A stretch of 63,987 bases of DNA, the filler included, from an uncultured bacterium (lineage in GTDB: Bacteria > B130-G9): NCBI GenBank assembly GCA_965372715.1. It is 3 parts of 3 records of this genome, joined end to end, with 100 filler letters (N's around TTAATTAATTAA, not from the genome) between each part and the next. Parts side by side here need not be neighbours in the genome. Positions count along the whole stretch, not along the records: positions 1 to 30,537 come from CBDVDH010000047.1; 2 more parts are not named here. The stretch is one strand, 5' to 3'. Position 1 is the stretch's first letter. Each line of letters opens with the position of its first letter. Under the pieces are notes generated by a model. That model made no database searches, had not been told where the DNA came from, and was given only the letters and a program-made list of their open reading frames with translations. The translations under genes and the position numbers were made by a program. Below, piece after piece: positions 1-9,960 of the stretch.

Positions 1-73
1 TAGGGGCGGTGCTTGCCCCGCCCTTCGTGCGTTTGATCACATCAGAAAAGGGCGGGGCAAGCACCGCCCCTAC
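1..73. repeat. REPIN-like inverted REP pair (GTAG-type)
   Basis: TAGGGGCGGTGCTTGCCCCGCCC (1-23) and its reverse complement GGGCGGGGCAAGCACCGCCCCTAC (50-73); the same unit recurs at 13807, 38126, 54013 and 59886. Confidence 0.8.
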
Positions 74-133
74 AATGCCCGACGCAATTATGACCCAGGC
101 TCCGTGAACCGCGCCTACTCAGGAACTCGAGAA

Positions 134-1444
134 ATGGAAAGCGTCAGCGCAAAGATAGGCGGCAGAACCAAACAGTTCGCCATTCTTCCGGGCCCAGCGC
201 CTCATATTGCGGTGTCGGCCAAGAAGGAGTTGCACGGCTGGTGGCCAGGCAAGCGGGAGTGCACTGCTGAGAGAATGCTCATAAATCCATACAACGGCTG
301 CGGCTTCGACTGCCTCTATTGCTACGCCAACGTGATGAACTGGGGCTATTTCAAGCTGTATCGGCGCGACGGACTGGTCACTGTGTTTGAGAAGATGGAC
401 GCAAATGTGGCGAGGCAGCTAGACTCGATAGACGTTGCGGCATGTGGCTATCTCTCGCCTGTTACCGACCCGTTTCAGCCTGTCAACTCTCGATACAGGC
501 TCTCTGAACGGATTGTCCAGGTGTTCACCCAGCGAGGCATCCCCATAGACGTGGTGACGAAGGGCATCATCCCGGACGAGGTGATACGCCTATTGGCACA
601 GAATCGACACTCTTTCGCTCAGGTCTCGATCACGACGGCAAACGACGCTCTCTTGCGGCGCCTGTCGCCGACTCAGAAACTATCGACCGACGACCTTTTC
701 TACAACCTAACGCGGGTCTCGTCCTGGCCGTGCGAAGGCCGCGACAAGGTCCACGGCGTCTGTCGCATCGACCCCATTCTGCCGTTCATAACCGACGACA
801 GACAGGAACTGAAACACCTCGTCGAGCGCGCGAAGCTCTGCGGCGCGGACCACATCATCGCCAGCTGCGTCGATGTTCCTACGCACAGCGCAAAGCAGAT
901 GTTCAAGACCTTCTATGCGCTGAACGAGGCGCCGGCTCTTCCTTATGAACACCTATTCAGCGAGAGAATCGATGGGTCGCTGCACGCCAACATCGAATAC
1001 CGGCGGCGGCTTTTCTCGTATCTGAGGGAGCTTTGCGTTCAAAACGAGCTCTCCTTTGCGCTGTGCATGGAGTTCGAGAAGACCGATACCGAGACGATGG
1101 TCAAGACGGCGTCCGGCAAGCTGAGGAGAGTCACGAGCCGCGGCATGAACGCCGAATTCATGACCGGCTGCTCAAACTGCGAGGGCATCGACATTCCGAT
1201 TTACGTGCGTGATCATTCAGGGCAATCCGGCCACTACGTCGATTGCAGGGGCAATTCTCGGCCGAGGTTTGCTCCCGCAGCGTCCTGCGACGGGGTCTGC
1301 CTGACCTGCGGCTTCGCGAGGTGCGGCGTTGAGGAGCTGGCGATGGGACGAAGCCCAAACTCCCGCAAGGACTTCAACCTCCGCGACTACCGCAGATGGT
1401 CGAAGCACCTGGCCGAAAACAAGCAAGAGGCCCTCTTCTGCTGA
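134..1444 (+). CDS. Radical SAM protein, spore photoproduct lyase (SPL)-like
   Basis: INPYNGCGFDCLYCYA (CxxxCxxC), TDPFQP and RIDPILP motifs typical of SPL-like radical SAMs; Cys-rich C-terminal extension. ATG at 134 preferred over the ORF start at 104. Confidence 0.8.
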   Translation: MESVSAKIGGRTKQFAILPGPAPHIAVSAKKELHGWWPGKRECTAERMLINPYNGCGFDCLYCYANVMNWGYFKLYRRDGLVTVFEKMDANVARQLDSIDVAACGYLSPVTDPFQPVNSRYRLSERIVQVFTQRGIPIDVVTKGIIPDEVIRLLAQNRHSFAQVSITTANDALLRRLSPTQKLSTDDLFYNLTRVSSWPCEGRDKVHGVCRIDPILPFITDDRQELKHLVERAKLCGADHIIASCVDVPTHSAKQMFKTFYALNEAPALPYEHLFSERIDGSLHANIEYRRRLFSYLRELCVQNELSFALCMEFEKTDTETMVKTASGKLRRVTSRGMNAEFMTGCSNCEGIDIPIYVRDHSGQSGHYVDCRGNSRPRFAPAASCDGVCLTCGFARCGVEELAMGRSPNSRKDFNLRDYRRWSKHLAENKQEALFC

Positions 1445-1486
1445 GGTGTGGGGTAGGCTTTCCAGCCTGCCATCATCGGTCCCCGG

Positions 1487-2302
1487 TCACTCGATCTGCG
1501 CGCAGAGGAAACCTAAGGACATGCCAAACACCTCCGCGGAGCTTGGTGAGCTCAGTTCTAGAAAATACCCTTTCTCTCGACCTTCCTTATAAATCTGCAC
1601 TCCGTTCTCGAAGCACTGGTATGAGAGTACTTTGTTTACGGGTATGTTCAGTGGTTTGTTCATTCCTAGCGGCTGTAATAATATCCGCCGGTTTGTAAGC
1701 AATACTAGGCCCCGTGAAGTCTCAAGGAAGCGCTCTTCAGACATCAGCTTGCCTCTATGAGCCCCTACTCTGAACCTCACACCTCTTGTCACTCTGATGC
1801 TGACGCCTTGGCTGCCGCCAGAATAGCCCAGGCTGACTCTGCGCGTTTCTTTCAGAACTGCTGGCTCCATGAAGTGCGCGATTTCACCTCGCTTCAGGAT
1901 AATCTGTGTATCGGAGAGATCCGGGACGCAGACCTGGGGAAGATTACCCTCCCGAATTCCTAACGCATAGACATACGGCCTGACCAAATGGGAGTAGCCA
2001 ACGTCAGATTCCGACAGGCCAGAGGCCCTCATTATCAGCTCCAGTATCCGGAGCTCCTCCTGGTCAAGCTCTCTATCGCTTTCGAACGTCTTGTAAACAC
2101 TCGCCCAGAGATCGAGAAGCTCTGCCTTCGAATACTCCGACTGCAGCTTATCCATGTCTTCATCATCGACGCCATCCATGTTTATCAGCTTCTGCTTGAT
2201 CTGATCTAGCCGAATTTTCCTTGCTCCACTGCATTTTGGGCATAGTTTTGCTCTATGAAACAACGACAGCTTTAAGCCACACTTTTCGCAGTATCTCGCC
2301 AT
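1487..2302 (-). CDS. Hypothetical protein with N-terminal Zn-ribbon and C-terminal PH-like region
   Basis: 271-aa ORF with AGGAG RBS; CEKC...CPKC; GGSQGVSIRVTRGVRFRVG motif followed by GLVLLTNRRILL. Confidence 0.7.
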   Translation of the reverse strand: MARYCEKCGLKLSLFHRAKLCPKCSGARKIRLDQIKQKLINMDGVDDEDMDKLQSEYSKAELLDLWASVYKTFESDRELDQEELRILELIMRASGLSESDVGYSHLVRPYVYALGIREGNLPQVCVPDLSDTQIILKRGEIAHFMEPAVLKETRRVSLGYSGGSQGVSIRVTRGVRFRVGAHRGKLMSEERFLETSRGLVLLTNRRILLQPLGMNKPLNIPVNKVLSYQCFENGVQIYKEGREKGYFLELSSPSSAEVFGMSLGFLCAQIE

Positions 2303-2319
2303 TGCTCAAGCTCCTTCTG

Positions 2320-3156
2320 TCATTGGTTCGCGTCATCTGGATCGTGAACATAAGCACTCTCAGCCCGATGAATCTTTTCTCCGCAATGAGGGCAGGTAAT
2401 TCCCTTATCGCGCTTGACTCGTATTTCCTCGATGAATCCCGATCCCAGTATCGCCGTCGGCAACGCAAACATCCCCACGCACAGGAGTGATACAAATGAG
2501 GCGACAACTCTGCCGAGAGGAGTGATAGGGACCACGTCACCATATCCCACTGTCGTTAACGTTGTTACAGCCCACCACATTGCGCGCGGAATGCTGCTGA
2601 ATTTCTCCGGTTGAGCCTCCCGCTCCGCGAAGTACATTAACGAAGATGACAGAACCAAAAGCAGGGCACCTATGAATACCGTGATTAGGAGCTCTTCCTT
2701 CTTGCTCTTGAGGACCCTCTGCACCATTTGAAGTGATTCCGAATACCTGCCAAGCTTCCCCAGCCTCAGTATCCTAAGGAGACGAACCGCCCTGATAACT
2801 CGGAGGTCAACGCCAAAGAAAGGTATGTAAAAAGGCAGTATCACAGCCAAATCGACGACAAGCAGGGGCCTAGCTGCAAAACGCAATCGGCCTACCAGGG
2901 GCTTCCTGTATTCGCTGGAAGCTGTGCACGACCAAAGCCTAGATAAGTACTCCACCGTAAAAACGGTTACCGAAAATACCTCGAACCAGTGGAAGAACGT
3001 CTCCCATTTGACCGCTAGTGCTTCGACAGACTCCGCCAGAAAAACAACGACGTTAAGCAGGATTAGAAGCATGATTGCGACGTCGAAGCACTTGCTTAAG
3101 GTATCTCCCGGGGCTGCCACTTCTACGATTTCAAAAACACGCGTTCTGCTGATCAC
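2320..3156 (-). CDS. Voltage-gated potassium channel (6TM ion transporter)
   Basis: TTVGYGD selectivity filter; S4 segment RVIRAVRLLRILRLGK; C-terminal CPHCG. GTG start at 3156 behind GGGAGA (ORF track extends to 3279). Confidence 0.92.
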   Translation of the reverse strand: MISRTRVFEIVEVAAPGDTLSKCFDVAIMLLILLNVVVFLAESVEALAVKWETFFHWFEVFSVTVFTVEYLSRLWSCTASSEYRKPLVGRLRFAARPLLVVDLAVILPFYIPFFGVDLRVIRAVRLLRILRLGKLGRYSESLQMVQRVLKSKKEELLITVFIGALLLVLSSSLMYFAEREAQPEKFSSIPRAMWWAVTTLTTVGYGDVVPITPLGRVVASFVSLLCVGMFALPTAILGSGFIEEIRVKRDKGITCPHCGEKIHRAESAYVHDPDDANQ

Positions 3157-3386
3157 TGTTATTCTCCCGATCTGTGAAAAGTAAACACCAGAACCGAATC
3201 TGATGCAAGGTCGCAGGCATTCGTTGTTGGTGATCACCCAACTTCCCAAAGTACGGGCAGACTTCAGATCTGCAAGCAACCATTAAGCATTCGCTTTATT
3301 GTGCCTGCTGTTTAGCTTATGTTGTTGGCTCGGTTTTGTTTGGTCGAAGAAAGAATAACCCTCTACGGCAGGAGTAATTCTACGGG

Positions 3387-4694
3387 ATGAAAATTGCGCT
3401 GGTTGATAGTCCGAGCGACGGGCGGAACCTGATCTATAAGGACTGGGCGGGGGGCTACGGCACGACGTTTTCGGTGGGGAAGTCGCTTCGAGCAAGATTC
3501 CTGGAGAGGGCAAAGAAGACCGGGATCAAGCTCCCGTTGACGCGTTTCGGCTATTTAGCGGCGGTCTTCATACAGTCTGGTCACAATGTGAAGTTCTGCC
3601 ATGACAGGCTCCCAGACGCGGCGGACGTGGTGCTGCTTCACTCCTCCATCGTTGACGTCCACGCGGAGCTCGCGCTTGCCGACCGGCTGCGAGAGGAACT
3701 CGATGCGAAGATCGGGTTCGTCGGGCCGTTTTCGGGAACGATGCCGGACCTTTATCTCCCGCACGCCGATTTCGTTGTGAAGGGCGAGCCGGAGGATTTC
3801 GGCTACCGCATCGACCAGCTAGGCGAGCTCTCAGGCGTCATCGAGTCGCAGCCGATCGAGGACCTGGACTCGCTGCCGTTCCCGGACTGGTCGATCTTCC
3901 CTCGAGAGCGATATTCTTACTATCCAAACGTCAAGGCGCGACCGTTTCTGCCGATACTTTCAAGCCGAGGCTGTCCCTACAAGTGCAATTACTGCGCTTA
4001 TCGCGCGGCATATAAGTGGCGAGCAAGGTCTATCGAAAGCACCGTCGATGAGATCGAGCGCAACGTAAAGGACTACGGGACACGGGGGCTTCTCTTCAGG
4101 GACCCACTCTTCACGTGGGCCAAGGAGCGGCCTCAAGGGATTGCGGAGGAGATATTGCGGCGGAACATCGACGTTCGCTGGGGCTGCGAAACGCACCTGG
4201 GTCATCTCGACAAGAACCTGCTCGATCTGCTCTATCGGGCGGGCCTGCGATCGGTCAACGTCGGCATCGAAGTCGCGAACCCGAAGACGCTCGCCGGGAC
4301 CGGACGGCCGCTCCAAGTCGTTGACAAGCAGTTTGAGCTCGTAAGGCACTGCGACCGGCTCGGCATCCGAGTCACGGCGTTCTATCTTTTCGGGCTGCCG
4401 AACTCGACTGCCCAGGACATGCGCGAGACAGCAAGATACGCTCGGAGGCTCAACACGCACGTCGCCTCGTTCAACATCGTGACGCCCTATCCCGGCACGG
4501 AGTTCTACGAGAAGGTCAAGGAGTGGGTCTTCGAGAAAGACTGGACCAAGTTCACGTCATATACGCCTGTGATGCGACACAAGCACATCTCGCCGCAGGA
4601 GCTCGAGAGACTGAAGGAGGAGGCGTTCGTTCGATTCTATTTCAGACCGGGCTACATCCTAAAGTTCGTGCAGCGGATGCTCCTCTGGAAGTAG
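3387..4694 (+). CDS. B12-binding domain radical SAM protein
   Basis: SSRGCPYKCNYC, VVKGEPE, LDSLPFPDW and TPYPGT motifs. Confidence 0.9.
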   Translation: MKIALVDSPSDGRNLIYKDWAGGYGTTFSVGKSLRARFLERAKKTGIKLPLTRFGYLAAVFIQSGHNVKFCHDRLPDAADVVLLHSSIVDVHAELALADRLREELDAKIGFVGPFSGTMPDLYLPHADFVVKGEPEDFGYRIDQLGELSGVIESQPIEDLDSLPFPDWSIFPRERYSYYPNVKARPFLPILSSRGCPYKCNYCAYRAAYKWRARSIESTVDEIERNVKDYGTRGLLFRDPLFTWAKERPQGIAEEILRRNIDVRWGCETHLGHLDKNLLDLLYRAGLRSVNVGIEVANPKTLAGTGRPLQVVDKQFELVRHCDRLGIRVTAFYLFGLPNSTAQDMRETARYARRLNTHVASFNIVTPYPGTEFYEKVKEWVFEKDWTKFTSYTPVMRHKHISPQELERLKEEAFVRFYFRPGYILKFVQRMLLWK

Positions 4695-6329
4695 TTCGGA
4701 GGCGGCGCCTAACCTGGATGAACCGGGCTGCGACCCTGTGAGCTTGGCCAAGAGCTCTTTGGCCTTTGCCCTCACTTCATCTGGGCCTGTTTTGGTGGCG
4801 AGTTCGAGGTATTTTATACAATCGGCCATCAGGGAGGGCTCCCAGCTGAGCTTCTCCACAAGCTCCAGATGATAGCGCTTCGGAGGGTGGCCCTTGTCAG
4901 TGTCCATTGCTGAGGCGCGGAGCCATCGAACTGCCTCATCAAGGTCCGCCTTCTCGTGTGCGACAACGCCCAGAAAGGTCGCACAGCGATTCCGGAGGTA
5001 GGCGATACCCTCTCGATATGCGACCTCGGCGAGCTTTTCGTCCGCGACCATCTTCTCGCATTCGGCCCAGACCTTGTCCAACTGTCTCCGCGCCCTCTCC
5101 AGATCGCCGCTTGAGAGCGCCTTCTCGCCATCAGCGCACTTGGTCGAAGCCTTGATGATCCTCTTCGGGACGCTGGCCTGGGGCGAGACGACGGGCAAGT
5201 CCTTCTTCTGAACGCCGGGCACGAGCTTCCTGAGCATCGCAAACGCCTCTTCCTTCATCTTGTCGGTCCCCAGGACGCTCGCCGCGTTGAGATACTCAGC
5301 GCATTCCTCTTTCAGGGCGGGTATGGACACAGCCTTCTTGACCAGCCGCACGTCGTAGCCTTTGTATTCCATGAACATGTCGTGCGTGAGCGAGGCCTTG
5401 AGCCAGCGCCGCGCCTTCTCGACGTCGCCCTTTTGCAGGGCGATTAGGCCGAGGCTCGTCGCGCAGCGGTTGCGAGACATTTCGACAATGGGTACCCCGA
5501 CGAACTCCAGCTCCTCCTTCTTCTTTTGGAGCCTGTCCAGCGCGTCCCACGCCTTCAGAAGCTCCGAACTCGCCTTGTCGAGTTCACCCGCCTTGAGGTG
5601 TATGTCGCCCATGCGCTGCGCATTTGTGGCCTCGCTTGAAATCTGCCAGACCTCCATCGTGGGCTTTTCATCGTCATCCTTTACGACTTGAATCGCGCCG
5701 CCAAAATCCTTCATCTCTGTTCGCATCTCTCTGACAGCGTTTCCGATGACGAGGTCCTTTGGACACATCGAGTACGCATCCTCAATCGCTGCCCTAGCTG
5801 CCTTTTGATCTCCTAGCGCCTTCTGCAGCCGATAGACGTTGTATTGCCCGATGGCGGGATACTTGGACGCCGTGTCCGCACTCTGAACCAGACGCAGAAT
5901 AGTGCCGCAGAACCACTCGTCGAGTGGCTCCATCCCGCTCGCGGTCAGGCCGATCTCAATCGCGTCCGGATTCTCCTTCAGCGTATGTTCTGCGGCCTTC
6001 AAAGCGATCATCAGGAGCCTAGCCCGCGCCTCGGCGTCCGCATTCTCCTCCGCCAGGAAACAGGCCGCGTCAAAGAGCCGGGCTGATTCAAACCAGTCCT
6101 CCGTCGCGACTTGCCCCTCAACGTAGTGCTGGTCGATGATGGCGGTCTTCTGCTCGTCGGTCAGCTCGACCCACGATTTGACGCCCCGCTCACGAGCGAT
6201 GTCGAACCACGTTGTTGAGGCGCATGCCACCGGCGTCTCATCCCAGCTACATTTCGTGTCTTCGGCGATTGAAGCTGTTACTAGGGTAGCTATGAACAAG
6301 ATATTGCATAGAATTACTGCTCGATACAT
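4659..6329 (-). CDS. Secreted TPR-like helical repeat protein
   Basis: N-terminal signal peptide; TPR-like helices; internally duplicated RNRCATxLG module. Overlaps the convergent radical SAM gene by 36 nt. Confidence 0.7.
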   Translation of the reverse strand: MYRAVILCNILFIATLVTASIAEDTKCSWDETPVACASTTWFDIARERGVKSWVELTDEQKTAIIDQHYVEGQVATEDWFESARLFDAACFLAEENADAEARARLLMIALKAAEHTLKENPDAIEIGLTASGMEPLDEWFCGTILRLVQSADTASKYPAIGQYNVYRLQKALGDQKAARAAIEDAYSMCPKDLVIGNAVREMRTEMKDFGGAIQVVKDDDEKPTMEVWQISSEATNAQRMGDIHLKAGELDKASSELLKAWDALDRLQKKKEELEFVGVPIVEMSRNRCATSLGLIALQKGDVEKARRWLKASLTHDMFMEYKGYDVRLVKKAVSIPALKEECAEYLNAASVLGTDKMKEEAFAMLRKLVPGVQKKDLPVVSPQASVPKRIIKASTKCADGEKALSSGDLERARRQLDKVWAECEKMVADEKLAEVAYREGIAYLRNRCATFLGVVAHEKADLDEAVRWLRASAMDTDKGHPPKRYHLELVEKLSWEPSLMADCIKYLELATKTGPDEVRAKAKELLAKLTGSQPGSSRLGAASELLPEEHPLHEL

Positions 6330-6434
6330 GCTTCAGTTCCTTTCCTTGAGTTGTCTGTCAGCCCAACGTGTTCGATTCCGCTTCATGCAGGCATGTATTT
6401 GCCAACTCATTGTAGGGCACGTGCAGGGCACGAA

Positions 6435-6914
6435 TCAATGCTGGTTTTCCGATTGAGCCATTCGCAATCGCCGGCCCCGGCCGAGCCTCCGGCGGAGCAG
6501 ATGAAGCAGCCCAACGGCGAGTACAATGAAAGGGACGGCGTAGATAGAGTGGTCGGGCCAGAAGAGCGGTATCTCGAACGTCTTCCAGCTGAACGGGAAG
6601 AACCAGTAGTAAGCGGGGCTCACGTGCCGCTGCAAGAGGTCGAGGAACAAGTGGACCGAGGCGCCAAGCAGCAGGTTCTTGAAAACCGTCCTGCGTAATG
6701 CCGGCTCAAATAGAAAAGATACAAGGTAGGAGGCGAGCAGAACCCCAGCGGGTGTGTGGCCCGGCGCTATGGCCCAATATGAGTTCTTATAGAAGAGCAT
6801 CGGGAACCGGCCCAATACATCTGGCAGCACGAGCCCGATGAAGAAGAGCTCGCGATAGCTTTTGGGTCGTGTAATGAAGTGCCCGGCAAGGACGTGCGTC
6901 AAGAGGTCAGGCAT
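6435..6914 (-). CDS. Membrane metal-dependent hydrolase (YdjM-like)
   Basis: MPDLLTH...GLVLPD...HT...HLFLD pattern in a hydrophobic 159-aa protein. Confidence 0.75.
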   Translation of the reverse strand: MPDLLTHVLAGHFITRPKSYRELFFIGLVLPDVLGRFPMLFYKNSYWAIAPGHTPAGVLLASYLVSFLFEPALRRTVFKNLLLGASVHLFLDLLQRHVSPAYYWFFPFSWKTFEIPLFWPDHSIYAVPFIVLAVGLLHLLRRRLGRGRRLRMAQSENQH

Positions 6915-7391
6915 CTATCGCCTCTCCTCAAATCTGAAGCGGCGAAGTCTGAATCTGAAGCGACTGAGGAAGAATAACCCCACGCCCAGAAGAGCTGGGG
7001 CGGAGATGATGAGCTTCAACGTGTCGTGCTGGTAGATATGCCAGCGCTTGCCGAGGATAAGGTAGCCCGGGCTCTTGAAGGTCGCCTCAAACGAGATGAA
7101 GCAGCCCTCCTGGCCCGGCGGGATATGCCCCTCAACCTGTATCCTTCTCCCGCGGAGGTCAGCTATCGTGAACCTGTCCGGCCTGTCGTATCCTTTGACT
7201 ATCGTGAACTGGACCATGAACTCGGTCCCGTCGTAGCGGTCTGGGTTCTTTAGAAAGTCGGCGAAAGCGGTGTAGAGACTCGATCCCACAATTGCAGAAT
7301 AGACGCACATCGCGAGGAGCAAAGCAGCCGGCAGCCCTATCTTGAGCCACCGGTGTCTGTCGGAGAAGAATGCCGGAACGCTCTGCCGCAA
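6915..7391 (-). CDS. Hypothetical membrane protein (TM - OB-fold-like - TM)
   Basis: Two hydrophobic segments flank a beta-rich domain; abuts the downstream hydrolase gene. Confidence 0.6.
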   Translation of the reverse strand: MRQSVPAFFSDRHRWLKIGLPAALLLAMCVYSAIVGSSLYTAFADFLKNPDRYDGTEFMVQFTIVKGYDRPDRFTIADLRGRRIQVEGHIPPGQEGCFISFEATFKSPGYLILGKRWHIYQHDTLKLIISAPALLGVGLFFLSRFRFRLRRFRFEERR

Positions 7392-7406
7392 AGCCTCAGC
7401 GCCTCG

Positions 7407-8054
7407 CTAGCCGAGTATGTTCTTCATTGAGATCATAATGTACGCAAACACCATGAGGAAGAACCCGACCACCAAGACGCCCATCAGGATGAACGGCAGG
7501 ATGACAGCAAGGAACGACCTGCCCCCGGAAATCTCGTAGTAGTTCTTGACCGCAACGATTTGCAGGACGAATATCCATACCCACAGGCCGACGCCCACCC
7601 CGGCAAAGACCGCCACGCCTGCGCCAACCGGAAGCCCGTTAGTCAAGATCGCAACCGGTGCAAGAAAGATGTCCGGCAGAAAACAGACCGCTATCAACAA
7701 GAACAAGACCCTGACGTCGCCCAGTTTGTCCTCGTTTGTCGCTGCAAAATGATAGACGCTTGCGGCGATGACGATGAACACGAGTGTGATGATGAGCTGC
7801 CCCATGCAAAGCAGGACAAACAGACTCACGCCGCCGAAGGTCCCAGCGCAGGAAGGTGCAATCAGACCAGCCGTTACTCTGCTCAGAACAGAGAGGGCTA
7901 TGACGAAGAATGCGAGCCCAAAAGGCCTTCTCTCGGAAAGGGCCTGCACGGCTTTCTTCGGCGAAGTCAGCTGGTCGTAAAGTATCGCAAGCCTGCCCTC
8001 CGGCCTCCTCAACGAAGGCATATTCTCATAAGGTAGCGAGCATTCGTTTTGCAT
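7407..8054 (-). CDS. Yip1 family membrane protein
   Basis: LTSPKKAVQAL N-terminal motif and about 5 TM helices; in an operon with sppA. Confidence 0.7.
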   Translation of the reverse strand: MQNECSLPYENMPSLRRPEGRLAILYDQLTSPKKAVQALSERRPFGLAFFVIALSVLSRVTAGLIAPSCAGTFGGVSLFVLLCMGQLIITLVFIVIAASVYHFAATNEDKLGDVRVLFLLIAVCFLPDIFLAPVAILTNGLPVGAGVAVFAGVGVGLWVWIFVLQIVAVKNYYEISGGRSFLAVILPFILMGVLVVGFFLMVFAYIMISMKNILG

Positions 8055-8065
8055 CGCTTATCCCC

Positions 8066-9094
8066 CTATCGACCGCTTCTGGTGGGATAGACGAATGCCG
8101 CCTCGGCCGGGCCGAGGTTCGCGCGATACTGAATTGGCGAATCAAACTCGCCCGCAACCATGTCCTTGAGCGACGGCGTCTTCCCGAACTTGGCATCCAG
8201 GAACCTGAAGAACCGCTCGAATGGCTCGACCGTCGGCCTGATGACGTTTGGCTTCCCGGAAATCCCCGCCAGTTCCCCCGCCCGATTGATTGCATCCTCA
8301 AGTGTCCCCAGACTGTCAATGAGGCGCTTGTCGAGCGCCTGCGTGCCTGAGAAGATGCGACCGTCCGCCAGCGGAAGCAGCTCGTCTATCGGGATGTTCC
8401 GGCCCTCTGAAACCGCGCTCACGAACTGCTGGTAGCAATCCATGATGAGCGTCTGCAACAGGTTCCGCTCCTCCTCTGTCATGTCGCGCCAATAGGCCAT
8501 TATGTCCTTATGCTCTCCGCTCTTGATGACGTTGAACCTGATGCCAATCATGTCGAATAGCCTCTGCAAATCCGCCCCGACAATGATCACCCCGATGCTG
8601 CCGGTCAGCGAGCCTGGATTGGCCACGATCTCGTCGCAGGCCGACGCGATGTAGTAGCCGCCCGAAAACGCCATGTCCGCGAAGGACGCCACGACTTTCT
8701 TGCCCGCCTCTTGAGCCAGCTTGATCTGGTGGCATATCTCCTGAACGCTACCCACCGTCCCGCCGGGGCTGTTAATCTGGATCACGATCGCCTTGACGTT
8801 CTTGTCGTCCTTGAGGCGTTCAAGCTCCCGAATTATCCTAAGAGCGCCTCGCGGATACGCCTCGAACAAGCCCTGCGACTCCTTGAACGTAATCGCCCCG
8901 AAGACGCGAACGAGGCCCACGCTCGGCCCAACCTTGGGCTCAAACTTAGCGAACTTGCCCTCGAACACCTTCGCCAGGCGGTCGAATGAGCTCTCGCGCG
9001 GACGCATGCTCTCCTTGTTGAGGAGCATTATGCCAATCACTATGGCGCCAACGCACAGTATCAAGATCAGTGTCATAAAGAATGTCTTTTTCAC
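8066..9094 (-). CDS. sppA: Signal peptide peptidase SppA (36K type, S49)
   Basis: INSPGG, AFSGGYYIA, TGSIGV, KSGEHKD and DGRIFSG motifs; GTG start at 9094 behind AGGAGG. Confidence 0.92.
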   Translation of the reverse strand: MKKTFFMTLILILCVGAIVIGIMLLNKESMRPRESSFDRLAKVFEGKFAKFEPKVGPSVGLVRVFGAITFKESQGLFEAYPRGALRIIRELERLKDDKNVKAIVIQINSPGGTVGSVQEICHQIKLAQEAGKKVVASFADMAFSGGYYIASACDEIVANPGSLTGSIGVIIVGADLQRLFDMIGIRFNVIKSGEHKDIMAYWRDMTEEERNLLQTLIMDCYQQFVSAVSEGRNIPIDELLPLADGRIFSGTQALDKRLIDSLGTLEDAINRAGELAGISGKPNVIRPTVEPFERFFRFLDAKFGKTPSLKDMVAGEFDSPIQYRANLGPAEAAFVYPTRSGR

Positions 9095-9422
9095 GAGAAA
9101 CCTCCTGCAAGAGAGATGCTTAATCTCAGATCGATTCACACTCTGAGAATCTTGGCACGGACGGCGCCGAAACTCAAGCGGCGATCCGAACGGCTCGGGA
9201 GGCCGGGCCATGATTGCGTGCGGGGCGCGTGGGGGGCTTGTGGCTGTTGAGACTCGTGGGACTTCGTGTAACGGTTTATGCTGATTCTCGCAAGCCCCAA
9301 TGGTGGCGTCCTGCTCAGGGAGCCAGACACGATAGCCCGTCTGATCTCAGAACGTCTCCGCTTCGATTGCGCAGCAGAACTGCCGATGTTCTGTGCTGTA
9401 CCTCCACTCTGCAGCATTCATT

Positions 9423-9959
9423 TCAAGGCTGTCTTTCTACGGGAAGGCCCATTTTTTGAGCTATGTCAAAGTCAACCAGAGTTACATGCTCCACGCCAAA
9501 AAGACGCGCCCGCCCGGCAAGTTCTTTGTTGACGGCGTCCTTAACCGGCGGTAGCAGGGGTCTGCGAGAGGTCGGTGTGTCAATAAGGAAGATGAATTTG
9601 AGCTTGCCATCACTCGGGTATTGACGAACGTGGGCGGGCAGGCTTGTCGAGAGCTCTTTGCCAATACCGGTCTCAATCCAAACCGCGGCCAGCATCAGCA
9701 GAGTGTCCGTCAGTTTCCCTTTAAGCGAAGTTACCATGTGTTCGTGGGCCGCGACTTCAGATTTATCGAACTCGCGCCAAATCTCTGGCCCTTTCAACTC
9801 AAGAAGAAGCAATCTGCTAGTCCCCTTGTCCCACCAGCCAACATCCATCTCCTTTAGGCAAAGACCGGAAAGTCGCTGGTAGGCCGGGCAATCACAGAAT
9901 CGAAAGCTGGTTTCCTTCGGCACGGTCACCCGAAAACCAGACTCAATGACCTCGCTCAT
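9423..9959 (-). CDS. Hypothetical protein, putative PD-(D/E)xK-like nuclease partner of the ATPase
   Basis: Tightly coupled to the upstream ATPase; LKEMDVGW...LLLLELKG resembles a D...ExK nuclease core. Start 9959 or 9968. Confidence 0.6.
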   Translation of the reverse strand: MSEVIESGFRVTVPKETSFRFCDCPAYQRLSGLCLKEMDVGWWDKGTSRLLLLELKGPEIWREFDKSEVAAHEHMVTSLKGKLTDTLLMLAAVWIETGIGKELSTSLPAHVRQYPSDGKLKFIFLIDTPTSRRPLLPPVKDAVNKELAGRARLFGVEHVTLVDFDIAQKMGLPVERQP

Positions 9960-9960
9960 C

